A stretch of DNA of 63,649 nt, filler included, from Aduncisulcus paluster (Eukaryota), in the NCBI GenBank assembly GCA_024181965.1. It is 6 parts of 6 records of this genome, joined end to end, with 100 filler letters (N's around TTAATTAATTAA, not from the genome) between each part and the next. Parts side by side here need not be neighbours in the genome. Positions count along the whole stretch, not along the records: positions 24,637 to 43,858 come from BQXS01012447.1; positions 43,959 to 49,108 come from BQXS01012449.1; 4 more parts are not named here. One strand, given 5' to 3'. Shown here piece by piece: positions 35,115 through 46,312 of this stretch; position 1 is the first letter of the stretch, and every line of letters begins with the position of its first letter. Under the pieces are notes generated by a model. The model was not told the origin of the DNA, searched no databases, and worked only from the letters and a program-made list of their open reading frames with translations. The translations under genes and the position numbers were made by a program.

Positions 35115-36496
35115 TCAATATTTAGACTTTTGGCATTGCCCTGTGGTGGGATTTAGAAGTTTAATGGAAAAAGAAAGAACCTGTGAAATGGTCTTTGCAC
35201 TTCCATTTGATCCCACAATTGACATTTCTTCATATTTCTGTTTCGTGTCACACTTCCATGTCGCAACAAAAACATCGCAATATCCAATATCTCTTGGTGT
35301 AAACTTCCTGAGCGCTGATGATTCTCTTACAACAATATCCACAATAAGTGTTGGGCGCTACGGAGCTGATCCTTAAAATGTCTTTTTTATCATACACAGC
35401 AACATCGCACATTGGTGGCTGAAGGGAGAAATATTTAAATTAGAAAATGGACTAAAAAATAGATGAAAAACATGGAACGATGAGTTTGTCATTTGAAATG
35501 CCACATGAACCATTTGAGAAAACCATGGTAGAAATTTCCCGTAATCATCCCCTCGCCATTAGCCCTTGGTTTTGAATAGTTTCCCTGGAAGCTTGACAAG
35601 AGGTGAGAGTTGATCAATCTGCTTTGAGATTGAATCGGCATTTGCTAACTTTTCAACTATTACAGCCGTTCTCTCTCCTTGCCGCTTCTGGGCCATGTGA
35701 AGAATATTTTGGGCTGATCTGTGAATATATCAAACAAGGATACTCTTTGGGGAAATCTAAGAAGGGGACATAAGTGGCAGGGATAATGACCATTGCAGCC
35801 TCCTAATCCACAGTTAAGGTTATGCTGCTTTGAGTCAGCAAGAATGGCATACAGATCACAAAAAATAATTCTATTGTCACATCTCACACCCCTGGTACAT
35901 TCTTTGATGTCACACTGGAGACATCGGAAGACTGAACCTTCCAATTCAACTGGATATATTGAGATGAGGAAGGGGTGACATTGTGAGTATGGAAACAGGT
36001 ATCCATACATGGCAGTCAGGCTTCTCCCACTCATGGAGGTAACTTGGAACCCATCCATGCCAACCAAAACCGAAGTGAAGATTGAGGGAAAGTGTGATTG
36101 GAATGGGGATATTGCTTCTTTTAATGTGGATATGATATCCTTTTGTCGTTTTGACCTAAAACTATGTCTCAGATCGACAAAAGGATATGACATATAGCTC
36201 AACGTCTTCAGATAGCCAGCTATCGGGAAGTATACGAACTTCTCAAAGATCACTGGAAGAACTGGCAACATATCTCTCTCTGCCTTCCTAACGTCTGCCA
36301 CAGATATCGGGGAAGAAAACGTGTCCAAGATGTCATGAAGAGCAGAATTGCTAAACATATATTTCATGCTCATCAATGTTACTGATCTCACATCATGGGG
36401 GATCATAGGGGATGAAACATCTGCCCTTGCTGAAAGATTGATCATTCTTCGATCTATTTCTCGTTCCATTCTATGCCTCTCCTCTTCCATCCTCAC
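35115..36496 (-). pseudogene. CACTA/Plavaka-like transposase fragment
   Basis: LVGMDGF...S, then LAD...GL...GHYPCHLC (DG, D, CxxC pattern of CMC-superfamily transposases); the frame is broken after 35660. Confidence 0.65.
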
Positions 36497-36782
36497 TCTC
36501 TCTCTTTCTCTTCTTCTCTCTTCTATCTCTTTTGAAGAAAGTTCTTCCTCCGAGGGGTCATCAGATATAGATTTCTCTGATTCTTCTTCCTCTGCAAGGT
36601 GAGATCTCGTCTCATTTTGCGGGCAAAGTTTACAAAAGAATACGAACAGACAAGATGATGAACCTTTTTATGGTTGGAAACACCATCTATGAAAGCTNNN
36701 NNNNNNNNNNNNNNNNNTTCTCGTTCCATTCTATGCCTCTCCTCTTCCATCCTCACTCTCTCTCTTTCTCTTCTTCTCTCTT

Positions 36783-37676
36783 CTATCTCTTTTGAAGAAA
36801 GTTCTTCCTCCGAGGGGTCATCAGATATAGATTTCTCTGATTCTTCTTCCTCTGCAAGGTGAGATCTCGTCTCATTTTGCGGGCAAAGTTTACAAAAGAA
36901 TACGAACAGACAAGATGATGAACCTTTTTATGGTTGGAAACACCATCTATGAAAGCTTGTACTCCAAGAAACTTTATCTCTTTCCCTCCTAACACAACTA
37001 TCTTCCCTCTAATTTCCTCCAATGGAACGTTAGACCCAGCAACCCGTAAAAAATACCTCCTTAACTCCTTCCTTTTCCGCTTTTCTCTAATTTTTTTACA
37101 AAGTCCTATTCCATATGCACACAGTCCAAGTCTTATTATTCTTAAATGATGTTTATCTTCTCCAAGAGGGAGTTCTTTGAGGAACTCGAATGAAATATTC
37201 TTGGTGATAGGCATCACTGAGATGTCATAAGACTTTTCGTCATCTCGAATTGATAATGATGTTTCTCGAGGCTGTGTTTTTCCATTCTCCCATGCCGTTA
37301 GATCTGCCCTTGTTGGAATATGGTGCAGATGCGGTGTGTTAACATTGTGTTGAGATGCCAGCCGGGCTGCTTCAGCAAGAAAGGACACTGTAACAACACC
37401 TTTTCGGCAACTTTTTGCCATGAATTGGCCAACTGGAGAGAGATTGGCTGCACGTCTGAAGAACGATGGTTGTGGTGGGGGTGACGGGACAATGTTTTGA
37501 CAAAGAGAGAAGAGGGCTTTCAAGATAAACTCATCGGGAATATGTCTTGGGGAGAGCATAGAGACAGGTGGATCAGGTATTGGAACAGATGACATCGAAG
37601 ATGATGAAGGTGTAGAGAGGGGGGGTGGGAGAGACAAGGTGGTCACGGAGGTCAAGGGCACGTCGGGCTTCTTCAA
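36783..37676 (-). pseudogene. Plavaka-like transposase N-terminal fragment
   Basis: GVQAFIDG...SFVNFARKMRR, homologous to the motif in 38484-39248; truncated after the motif. Confidence 0.55.
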
Positions 37677-38483
37677 TAATAGCCAAGGACGGCTGAGAGG
37701 TCAATCGAATGACCGGAATGAGGAGGAGAGTGGAGCGTCGTATCTCGGTAAAAAAAAGATTATTGAGGGTTGTTTGAACTTCACATTATTGCTTTCCTCG
37801 GCACTGAAAATAGCTCTCACGGAGACTATGGGCCGGAATATCCTTCAGGGAGTGTGAAAGACAAGGTGATCACGATGGTTCGCTTCTAAAATGCTATTGT
37901 AGTTGTTTTACTTTGACAAAGGTTATTTTAGCCTTTTCGCTGTCAGCTTTCAACCCTGAATTCTCTATCGCCAATTATCTCACCCAAAAATGAAACGAGA
38001 TACCCGCCAAGTCGTAGAGTTTCCATGCTATTCTGCATGCCTTCACATATTGAGCCAGTGTAGCCATATTCTTAAGCAGCCTAGGATGGAACTCTTGGAG
38101 CCCTATATCTCTCCGAAATGTATCAAGAGAACTACAATATGAAGGGTATGTAGTTGGCTCAGAAGAAGGAATTGGAACAATGGGGATGTAAGGAGAGAGG
38201 TGGGATGTCTTGTCGAAAATATCACCCATGTTTTCAAGGATATTAAGAAGACAAGAACCAAAGGGAATATATAATATATTTCTTCTCCCTTATGAATTGC
38301 TTTCCCAAACTTTTCGAGATCAGCCATCTCTTTCCTGATTTGGTACGATGACGGCAGGGACTCCTTAAAAATGCCGGCGTCTGCGTCCTGTTTTGAGAGT
38401 ATACTAAGTTTACTAAACTATACTAGTAGTATATGTAGAGAGCGGCAGTATTCTAGAGATCGATAAGGATACAATCTCCCTCA

Positions 38484-39544
38484 TCATCTTACTATGATTT
38501 TTGGTCCTAAGTTTTGTACTAAATCTCGGGGAGTCACTATTGATGCTCCAACGCCGTAAAATCGGGGGCCCTCCTCCTGAATCAACGATGCATCATTATC
38601 ATCAAATACATAAGCATCTCCACCTTCTTCTTCTTCTTTTTGGTCGGAGTCGGATGGTTGATCATCGGTTATAACTTTTACAACAACTTTGTCAATGAAT
38701 GAAAAATCGAGAGATTGGAGACAAGAGGTTAGAGCAAGTCCTCGCCATCTCTCTTCAAGAAGCGTTTCGAGCTCTCTGATTGAAGCAAATATTGCTAATT
38801 GACACGTTAAGAGAAAGGGCTCAACAATATCTTTGGTAAGTGTGGCCAAAGAAGCAAGCGATGAGCCTTCATTGACCAATTGGAGGTGGTGGATGTTCTC
38901 CAACTTCGTTCTGAGTTCTCTTGGAATATTTCCCACACAACATTGTAGGGAGATGGCCTTGGTATTGCCTGTGAGTGCTATCCCATCAATGAATGCCTGG
39001 ATGGCAACAAAATATACATTTCTACCATCCTTCTCTTCCCATATCTTTCTTACTTCAAGGAGTTCAGTAGGATCTAGAGTCTCTCCTTCCAGGAGCTTCC
39101 CACCCAAATGAGTAATGAGGGAACTATCAGGTTGAACGCGACGAAGAAGGGATATTGCTGCCCAACCGGAACAAATTTGATGTCTAAGCCCACTGATCAA
39201 TTCATCTTTTGGGATTTCTACCCTCCATAAAGAACAGAATGGTTCCAACCATGGGGGTCATATTGGCTGCTTTTGGGCATTGGATGTTGGATAGTCCGAG
39301 ATTCTTCTGTATATTCCTCAACTCTTTCGATGAAATCTTCTATCGCTGTAATGTCACCATTTAACCCACCGATTGAGGGTCGAATTAGTTCTGGACGGGG
39401 ATAGAACTTCTCTAAATCGGTGAAATCGGGGCTTGGAGATGTAGACTTAACAACCCTATACTCAGTTTCACGTGTCCCATTTTTTGCGGCATAGAATTGT
39501 GCCTTTGTTGGGAGTCTGATTTCGTTGCCTTCCTTCATGTCCAC
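38484..39544 (-). pseudogene. Plavaka-like transposase fragment (frameshifted near 39230)
   Basis: AIQAFIDGIALT...CVGNIPRELRTK matches the Plavaka D..LT...IGNIP...R.K motif. Confidence 0.7.
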
Positions 39545-39704
39545 ACAACGAATAAAAATTTGCGTCCAGACATATGTCGGACGGTGTGCTTGACATATAC
39601 TATTCTATCGGGGGAAGCAAGGAGCGACAAGGGGAGCAAAAAAATAAACAATATTAAGACTTACGCCTCCCCTGGGTTAGCTACGCCCAAGGGAGACTGC
39701 TTTA

Positions 39705-39810
39705 TGTCAAATTCTACTAGAATTCTATAGTATAGAATAAACAGTGGTACAATTTATTGGAATTGATGACGGGGCATGGTTCTATAAATAGAAACCATGA
39801 GAAACTCACA
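39705..39810 (-). mobile_element. Solo LTR (106 bp) with 5-bp target-site duplication CTTTA
   Basis: TG...CA ends; CTTTA at 39700-39704 and 39811-39815; contains the TTCTCA..TCTATTTATAG..AATAAATTGTACC motifs shared with the other LTRs. Confidence 0.88.
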
Positions 39811-39884
39811 CTTTAATGGCCATGATGTTGACAAAATATGGCTTGAAAAATGTGCGCACGCATCGGGATATACTGGTGATAAAC

Positions 39885-39981
39885 TGTACTGTACTAAAAT
39901 CAGCCTTCTATTTTTAGAACCATCACCTCTCTCTCTTTTATTTTAATAAATTGTACCCCATTTAAGCTTATTGGAGCAACA
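39885..39981 (+). mobile_element. Degenerate LTR of the same group, opposite orientation
   Basis: TGT...TTCTATTTTTAGAACC...AATAAATTGTACC...ACA; no TSD found and boundaries are approximate. Confidence 0.55.
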
Positions 39982-40345
39982 CCATGGATGGTTATGGCAA
40001 CTTCTCCTTCACTTCAAAAAGTTCTTTCTTTTTCCTCGACTGCTTATCCTTCTGAGAGTATTTTTCATCGAAAATTATTCTTTCTCTGGTTAAATAGTTA
40101 CATTCCAGTTCTAGAATTTTCAAATTTTCCCTTGCAATAAGGATTGCCTTATCTTTTTCATGCAACTCTCTTTCTTTTAGTATATTGCCGATTTCGAAAA
40201 AACTGACCAAGGGAAGGTGTAAGTCACCGAGAGGAAAGTGAAATAAAAAATTCATTTTGAAATTACTACTAGTAATTAAATTAGTAATTTGAAATAGTAT
40301 TTCGCTTGAGATTTTTTATTTTATGGTTAATTACATTATTAACAT

Positions 40346-41260
40346 TGTAATACAACCATTCACACTTTTGGGAGTTTTTTGAACATGTCGTCAAATTTAT
40401 TCAAATAAACGGTTCTATAAATAGGACATCCCTGAGAATGTCTAAAGGCATGGATCAATGTCCGTAGTTCAAAACCGAAGAGATATAATAGAGGTCTTTT
40501 TCCCGTGTTTTATCAGAAATTGCTTCAATATTCTCTCTTCCTTTACACATTCCTCAAACTCCTCTTTCTCTGTTATTTCGTAAACAAGGTGCATGATATG
40601 GTCACTTACTATTTCGGAGCACTTGTTGTCTCTTGTTGTAAAATGTTGCGAACAGAGAAATGTGATGGCTACTTCGCTTGATGAGGCAATTGAATACAGA
40701 AGCATTATCAGAGAGGAGTGTTCCGCATCTCCATTTGCCAAAGAAACCATCAAGCCTCCCGGTCATACTATGATCCATAGTATGGATCATTTCCTCTTCG
40801 GAGCAACTTCCTGAGTTCTCTCATCCTTTCGATACTATCGTGTGACTAGTAGTCACAACAGTTATCTTCCCATTTGATGGATTCTTTTCCTCATAAACGA
40901 AAGAGTTGACTATCTTAGTAACAACGAAAGGTCCTTTGAATCTCGAACATAGCTTGATGGTTTCTTCATGTTTGGGTAGGCAATCAGGACTTGTTCTCCT
41001 ACAGCAAAGGTTTTGGAGGGTTCGCTGTCAGCCATCTTTTCTTTTTCTTCCATGATGGCGGAAACTTTCTTGGTAACACGTTCAAACTCGTTCCGTAATT
41101 CTTCAAAATACTTTACCATGCACCCTTCTCCTTCTTCCATGGCTAAGGATCTTCCTGATGTTTCCAAATCAGTGCCGTGTACAAGTTTGTAAGGCGTATA
41201 GCCAGTTGTACGTGAAATTCTGTTATTTAACACACACATCACAATAGGGAGGTTCAGCTA
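40346..41260 (-). mobile_element. Decayed Ty3/Gypsy 3' end (integrase C-terminus plus LTR-like segment)
   Basis: LNNRISRTTGYTPYKLVHG and FAVGEQVL integrase motifs, frameshifted; TTCTCAG..CTATTTATAG..AATAAATT at about 40395-40438. Confidence 0.7.
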
Positions 41261-41814
41261 ATCTCTCAGATACAAAGACCTCATCAGGAACAAAAAAATA
41301 ATAAAGGAAGATTCTACGATTATGTGGATAATGTAAATGATGCAAAAAATATCCCAAAAAAAAAAAACCAACTGAAAATCTATTTCTTTATATCTCTCCT
41401 TCAAGGAATTTCCCTGTAACAATGGAAGAACCGGACGAAGAAGGGTTAGTGACAGGTCATTGATGGAATATATCGCCGACCTTGGTGAACGTGTTCTAAA
41501 GTTCGTTGAGCCTCCAGGATTATCCAAAATTGCTGCCAGCATAGGTTTCCATTTTTTTTCAATGAGCTGTTTCAATAATTTCATTGCAAAAATGGAATAA
41601 AATAAATTATAATAACAGAATACTATTCTAATAAAATATTTAGTAAATATTTTATTATTTGCCCAATTTATAAGTTTATTGAATACTCGATAATTTGCAT
41701 TTTTTTCAGATTTTCTTGATTTGATTCACCTACAAATATTATGAATAAGTTTGTTATTAATTTATTTAAATGAAGCAATGATTGATTTTAATTTAACGTA
41801 ATAATTGAAATAGT

Positions 41815-42513
41815 TTATTCGACTTCTTGATTTGAATTGAACGTGAAAAAAACATTATTCATAAGCGTATCAGTAGATTGATTGGCACGTAATGGTTGAT
41901 CATATCGACGAACGATACTAAAGAGCCTTTCAATCGAAGCTCCTGACATCGGCAATGACATGAAAATATCTTGGATTCTTTTTAGCCAAAAAAAGTTATC
42001 TTCAATTGAGATATCTTCCTTATCGTTAACTGATTTACAGTATTCTCTTAATTGATCCTTTTCTCGATCTGACAGCTCAATATTTATATGACTTATAGAT
42101 GTTTTTAGTTTGATCTCCTCAATCGTGAAATCATCATCCAGATATGTTGGGTTAAAACAAATTATTCCATAATATATGCTTAAATTAATCTTTAGAAGTT
42201 TAAATGCTCGTTTGAACGGGGTGGATGTGATTTGACTCGATCACCATTCTGATTCTAGTCTTTCTGCAAACGATGAGATTGATCGAAAAGCTTCAACATT
42301 GGGCATTTTAAATTGGGCACACTTGATTGATTTTAATGCGCACGGAATAAATTCCTTTGTTAATCTTCGTTTAAAGTTTTTGTAGGTGTTACCGTAATGC
42401 AATTTATTGTAAACGAAACGGAATAAACGGTCTAAAAATAGAACTGAGAATAAAACGATAAAGATGAATGATACACCATAACACTTCCCTTTCTTAAATC
42501 GAGTGTTTATCAC
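41815..42513 (-). pseudogene. hAT transposase C-terminal (dimerisation domain) pseudogene
   Basis: Manual read-through of the TGA at 42241-42243 continues in frame to FMSLPMSGASIERLFSIVRRYDQPLRANQSTDTLMNNVFFTFN, the hAT dimerisation motif. Confidence 0.8.
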
Positions 42514-43435
42514 GAGTTACAGGTCTTTTCCTCAACCTTTGTTCATCCGGACTGAGATGTACTACGGTGCTCCAAGAGTCGTTCATATCCGTTATATGAT
42601 CTGTTTCTTCGATTTTATGGTCCAAAAATCATTTTTCAAAAATTCCAAAAACTTAGACGAATTTCAAAATTTTCAAAAATATTTGGTCGTGTAAGAGGCC
42701 AACTACCTAACTCCTCGACGGAAGATTTTTATCGGACAAAATTTTATCCATAATTATATCTTATTGTTTAATGAAGAAATATTATAGTACAGTATAGTAT
42801 AGTAGGGATACATTTATTAGGGCTAGCACCTTTCATAAAGGCCTGAGACTGGAGCCTCTGCAGCGGAAGTGGGACCAACCGGTCCAAAATCGATAAGTGG
42901 CGAGATCTAATATGCCCTCATCGCCCCTGCTCGCCGTCATCATTAGACACATTGGGTTACAGAGGGTTCGAGCAAGTTGGACCTTCCACCTTAGCCCTTA
43001 TAGGGCTATCGGTAAGCATTTTCATATTCTACATGAGGTTAATAAGGAAGTGGATGATTAGATTCTATCGGAATTGTGTTGAGATTATGATAAATTACTC
43101 TCCAAAAATTTGCCAACATTATTGTGGAATAATAGGAAGGCGGCAATCGTCGTGATACTAAGAGAGGTACAGCTACTCATGGACATCATTGAAACTTCTT
43201 CAGAGAAACATCATCCTGAGGTGATCGTGGAAATTCATGACTTTGACATGGTACCATTTTCGGCATATCCATCGTTCGTATTGTATACCTCAAAGTTGAC
43301 CCCTGTATCTCAAGAACTGTTGACATTCTCAAGAATCTATTTATATATTCTTTCATTAACCACCCTCTATATATGCCATTCTTTTTCAGAATCTCTGTAT
43401 CTTTACTATAGCATGCTCCACAATCACTTTTATTG

Positions 43436-43620
43436 AGGTATACTATACACAGTTTGTATAGTATCTGGAACATATACTGTTCTATACTCTGTATAGTTTG
43501 GTATAGTTACCGTACAGTTTGGTATAGTTGCGTATAGTTACCGTATAGATACCCACCGTATAGTATCGTATAGTTACCGTATAGTTTGGTATAGAATCCG
43601 TATAGTTAGGTAATATATAC
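43436..43620 (+). repeat. Array of short GTATAG-core repeats (GTATAGTTTG / GTATAGTTACC), probably a transposon subterminal region
   Basis: More than ten 10-12-bp units seen directly; the function is inferred. Confidence 0.7.
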
Positions 43621-43703
43621 GTTTCCCATGGTTCAACTGGTATACTATACAAAATGCTAAGAAATAGGTCGTGAGTTCAAATCCACCAAAAAACATTTTT
43701 TTT
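43621..43703 (+). ncRNA. Degenerate tRNA-like Pol III module
   Basis: A box TGGTTCAACTGG (43629-43640), B box AGTTCAAATCC (43674-43684), then a T-run; no proper acceptor or anticodon stem. Confidence 0.5.
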
Positions 43704-43958
43704 ATTTTTTGTCGATAATTATCTAATTTCACAATAATCTCAATTAAAAACTTTAATAATGAAGTGCATATTGCTTCTCTCATCTGTTATAAATTATTTT
43801 AAGCTAATATTTTTTGTAGGCAGTTTATTGTTTTGTATTTTTGTTTTCTTTTTTTTGTNNNNNNNNNNNNNNNNNNNNNNNNNNNNNNNNNNNNNNNNNN
43901 NNTTAATTAATTAANNNNNNNNNNNNNNNNNNNNNNNNNNNNNNNNNNNNNNNNNNNN

Positions 43959-44506
43959 TCTTCATCATCGTCTTCACCTTCATCTTTCACGCCTTTTGTT
44001 TCCCATGAAATTTTTTTTGTCTCTATTTCGTTCCGAACTCGGTCGGCGAAACGCCTAGGCCAAAGGCCTTTAATAAAATATCTTATCAGATCATCTCGGG
44101 ATCCGAAACTCACAATATCCACCGCTTCCTTATGAAAACTCTGAAGATATTGGAAAAGGGATTCTTCGGTGAATTCCTTAGTCATTTTTGTAGATTTAAG
44201 TTTATCATAAAACTCTGTTGTTGTTTTTGCCTTTGTAGAAGCATCCAAAGACGTTTTTAATTCTTCAAAGAATGCTTTCTTTTTTTCCTTGCTTTTAGGA
44301 TTTTCCGTATAGGCTACAACAATTGCTTCGTCCATTTTATGTTTATGGAGACTTTTTAGCAATAATAATAATGATGGATCAACGAGATGGTACCATAGCT
44401 TTGTTCCGCCTCTCGCTGCATAAACAGCAAATTCCTGTTTGAATTTCTGCCAATTATCCTTCGACCAGGATAATAATTCCGGGATTTTATAATCCAAAGA
44501 TAACAT
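43959..44506 (-). CDS. LTR-retrotransposon Gag-like ORF (partial, cut by scaffold end)
   Basis: Directly downstream of LTR 44566-44674; the W..F..EFAVY..RGG...W..LVDP motif is shared with two other Gag-like ORFs; RYFIKGL capsid-like segment. Confidence 0.7.
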
Positions 44507-44565
44507 AGATAGTTGTTAACTGATTTAAGAAAATTTTCAATAAACGCTTATAAAAGTATTAATAC

Positions 44566-44674
44566 TGTGGTATCGCGTGTTTGTAAGTAGTTATGTGGTA
44601 CAATTTATTATAAGAGTAAAAGGAAGAGCTTCGTATGAAGGTTCCAAAGCTCAAAGACTTCGTAACCTCCTACA
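44566..44674 (-). mobile_element. 5' LTR (109 bp)
   Basis: TGT...ACA ends, AATAAATTGTACC motif, followed in sense by GTATTAATACT and gag. Confidence 0.7.
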
Positions 44675-44676
44675 GC

Positions 44677-44768
44677 TGTGGCATATAGAAGTATGCCGGA
44701 TCTAGAATGATGATATATAAATCAATAAATTTGTGCTCCTATATACATAGTGGTATCATTAAACTACA
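44677..44768 (+). mobile_element. 5' LTR (92 bp)
   Basis: TGT...ACA ends, TATATAAA and AATAAATT, followed by GTATTAATACT and gag at 44833. Confidence 0.7.
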
Positions 44769-44832
44769 GTATTAATACTTGTTTCGTGTTGATAACCTAT
44801 TTATTTGAAATTTTTTTTTCTAAATACTCTCG

Positions 44833-45338
44833 ATGTTATCAGTAGAAGTTTCGACACCCAAACTGGGACCATTGAGTCGCCAGAGTTGGACGAAATTTGT
44901 TTCGGACCTAAAAATCTATAAAAATAGAGGAGGGAAAGAAGATTGGACTTCTTTAATCGAACCAAAACGATTGGAGTCTTTAAGAGCTATGTTCATTGAA
45001 AACATTGGCGACTATGAAGCGAAACTATTAAAGTTAGATGAAAAAATTGTTTCTTTACAGGAGGAGCTGCAAAAGAAGGAAAAACTGCATGAAGAAACCG
45101 ACAAGACGCTAGCTACAAAAAGAAAGAAATTAATGGATGAAATCGAGGATTTATCAAAACAAATTGATAAATTAAATGATGAGACTCTCGCGATTGTCAA
45201 CAAGATCGACGAAGATCTATTTGAAGAAATGTCCAAGTCCTTCGGTTGCTCAACGACTAAAGATGTTATGGATGTCGTTAGTGAGTTGAAAATGGAAGAG
45301 CATAAATGGGAGTTTGACAACTTTACTCACTACGCAAC
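44833..45338 (+). pseudogene. Gag-like ORF truncated by insertion of another LTR element
   Basis: W..F..DL..Y..RGG..DW..LIEP motif; the frame ends on entering the LTR that starts at 45339. Confidence 0.7.
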
Positions 45339-45417
45339 TGTGAATGAGTGAGCAAATTTATTAGAATAAACCGTCGGCTGGCCGGGTGCTATAAATAGAA
45401 CCTGAGAAACCTTAACA
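45339..45417 (-). mobile_element. 3' LTR (79 bp) preceded by PPT AGGGGGGAAG (45418-45427)
   Basis: TGT...ACA ends, TTCTCAGGTTCTATTTATAG, AATAAATT; the PPT abuts the LTR. Confidence 0.85.
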
Positions 45418-45502
45418 CTTCCCCCCTATTTCTAGGAGTCGATCAGATGATGGTTATTTGTAATTTCCCTTATTAGTATTAGTTATTATTTTTCTTTAAA
45501 TC

Positions 45503-45575
45503 ACTTGTGTAGTTCAATCGTTAAAGCGGCAACATGTTGCCACTAAGGCCCGGGTTCGAATCCCGCTGTCTCTAA
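45503..45575 (+). ncRNA. tRNA-like Pol III module in a retrotransposon 3' UTR (antisense to the element)
   Basis: A box TAGTTCAATCG (45510-45520), palindrome GGCAACATGTTGCC (45528-45541), T arm CGGG-TTCGAAT-CCCG with a perfect B box (45553-45563). Confidence 0.65.
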
Positions 45576-46026
45576 TTTGTTCTGGAATTCTTCAGAACAT
45601 TATCATATTTTATGAATATGTCTAAACTTGGTCTCTCAGGTTGTATAATAAATGTAATAATTTAATTCTGTGTAATTCACTCTGAAAATCTTAAATCAGC
45701 ACAATTTCCTTCCCCCCTTCCCCAAAAAAGTGGGATTTTTCAAATATTTTAAACAACATTAAATTAACAGACTCCAACGTTATTGTTATAATCATTATCA
45801 TATATAATGTGTTTTTTGTACATAATAACATCAAATAATTATTAGATTCGCTGACAATTTCCTTTTTCATTCTGAAAACTACATTAAATCAAATAGTATG
45901 TTAATTTAAAATAAAATTCTTTAGGGCTAGCAAGTTTATTAAATAATTGATTCGAGATCAATCCTATCAATACTACATCGCTCCCTCGATTCTGACGCTC
46001 ATTATTTCCGGCAGAATCGACCGACC

Positions 46027-46101
46027 TGTAGACGTTAGCAATTTATTGAATAAATGTGATCGGAGTGATCAAGGTTCTATAAATAGATCTGAGAAGTTAC
46101 A
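46027..46101 (-). mobile_element. 3' LTR (75 bp) preceded by PPT AGAGGGGGAAG (46102-46112)
   Basis: TGTA...TACA ends, TTCTCAGATCTATTTATAG, AATAAATT; lies downstream of pol 47230-49107. Confidence 0.88.
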
Positions 46102-46217
46102 CTTCCCCCTCTAGAGCTTGATCACCGATCGGTACTCGTCCTAAGTCATGTCCTTAAATCCTGTGACCTTGGTTCCATTTTAACTATTCCTTATTATTAT
46201 TATTATTACCTTTTTCT

Positions 46218-46312
46218 AATATGAGTTGGATAGCTCAATGGGTATGACTCCTGGTCATACTTCCTTAAGCTATTTCAGCGCGCGAGTTCGAATCCCGACT
46301 TTCTCATATTTT
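46218..46312 (+). ncRNA. tRNA-like Pol III module in a retrotransposon 3' UTR (antisense to the element)
   Basis: Closing stem AATATGAG/CTCATATT, A box TAGCTCAATGG (46231-46241), hairpin GTATGAC-TCCTG-GTCATAC, B box AGTTCGAATCC (46285-46295), then TTTT. Confidence 0.7.

Noticed and set aside
42400..42430. RFVYNKL resembling a TnpB/Fanzor N-terminus
   Set aside because: The same frame continues into a hAT dimerisation domain; no RuvC or zinc-finger motifs.
43436..43620. Possible CRISPR-like arrays (also 24923-25060)
   Set aside because: Units are abutting or nearly so, with no unique spacers, in a eukaryotic context with no cas genes.
44751..44758. TGGTATCA resembling a tRNA-iMet PBS
   Set aside because: Lies inside the LTR, is not preceded by CA, lacks the GAGC continuation, and is not in this position in the other two 5' ends.
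45503..46312. Functional tRNA genes, or element-encoded primers for the palindromic PBS
   Set aside because: No canonical anticodon arm, and their 3' ends are not complementary to GTATTAATACT. Kept only as tRNA-like modules.
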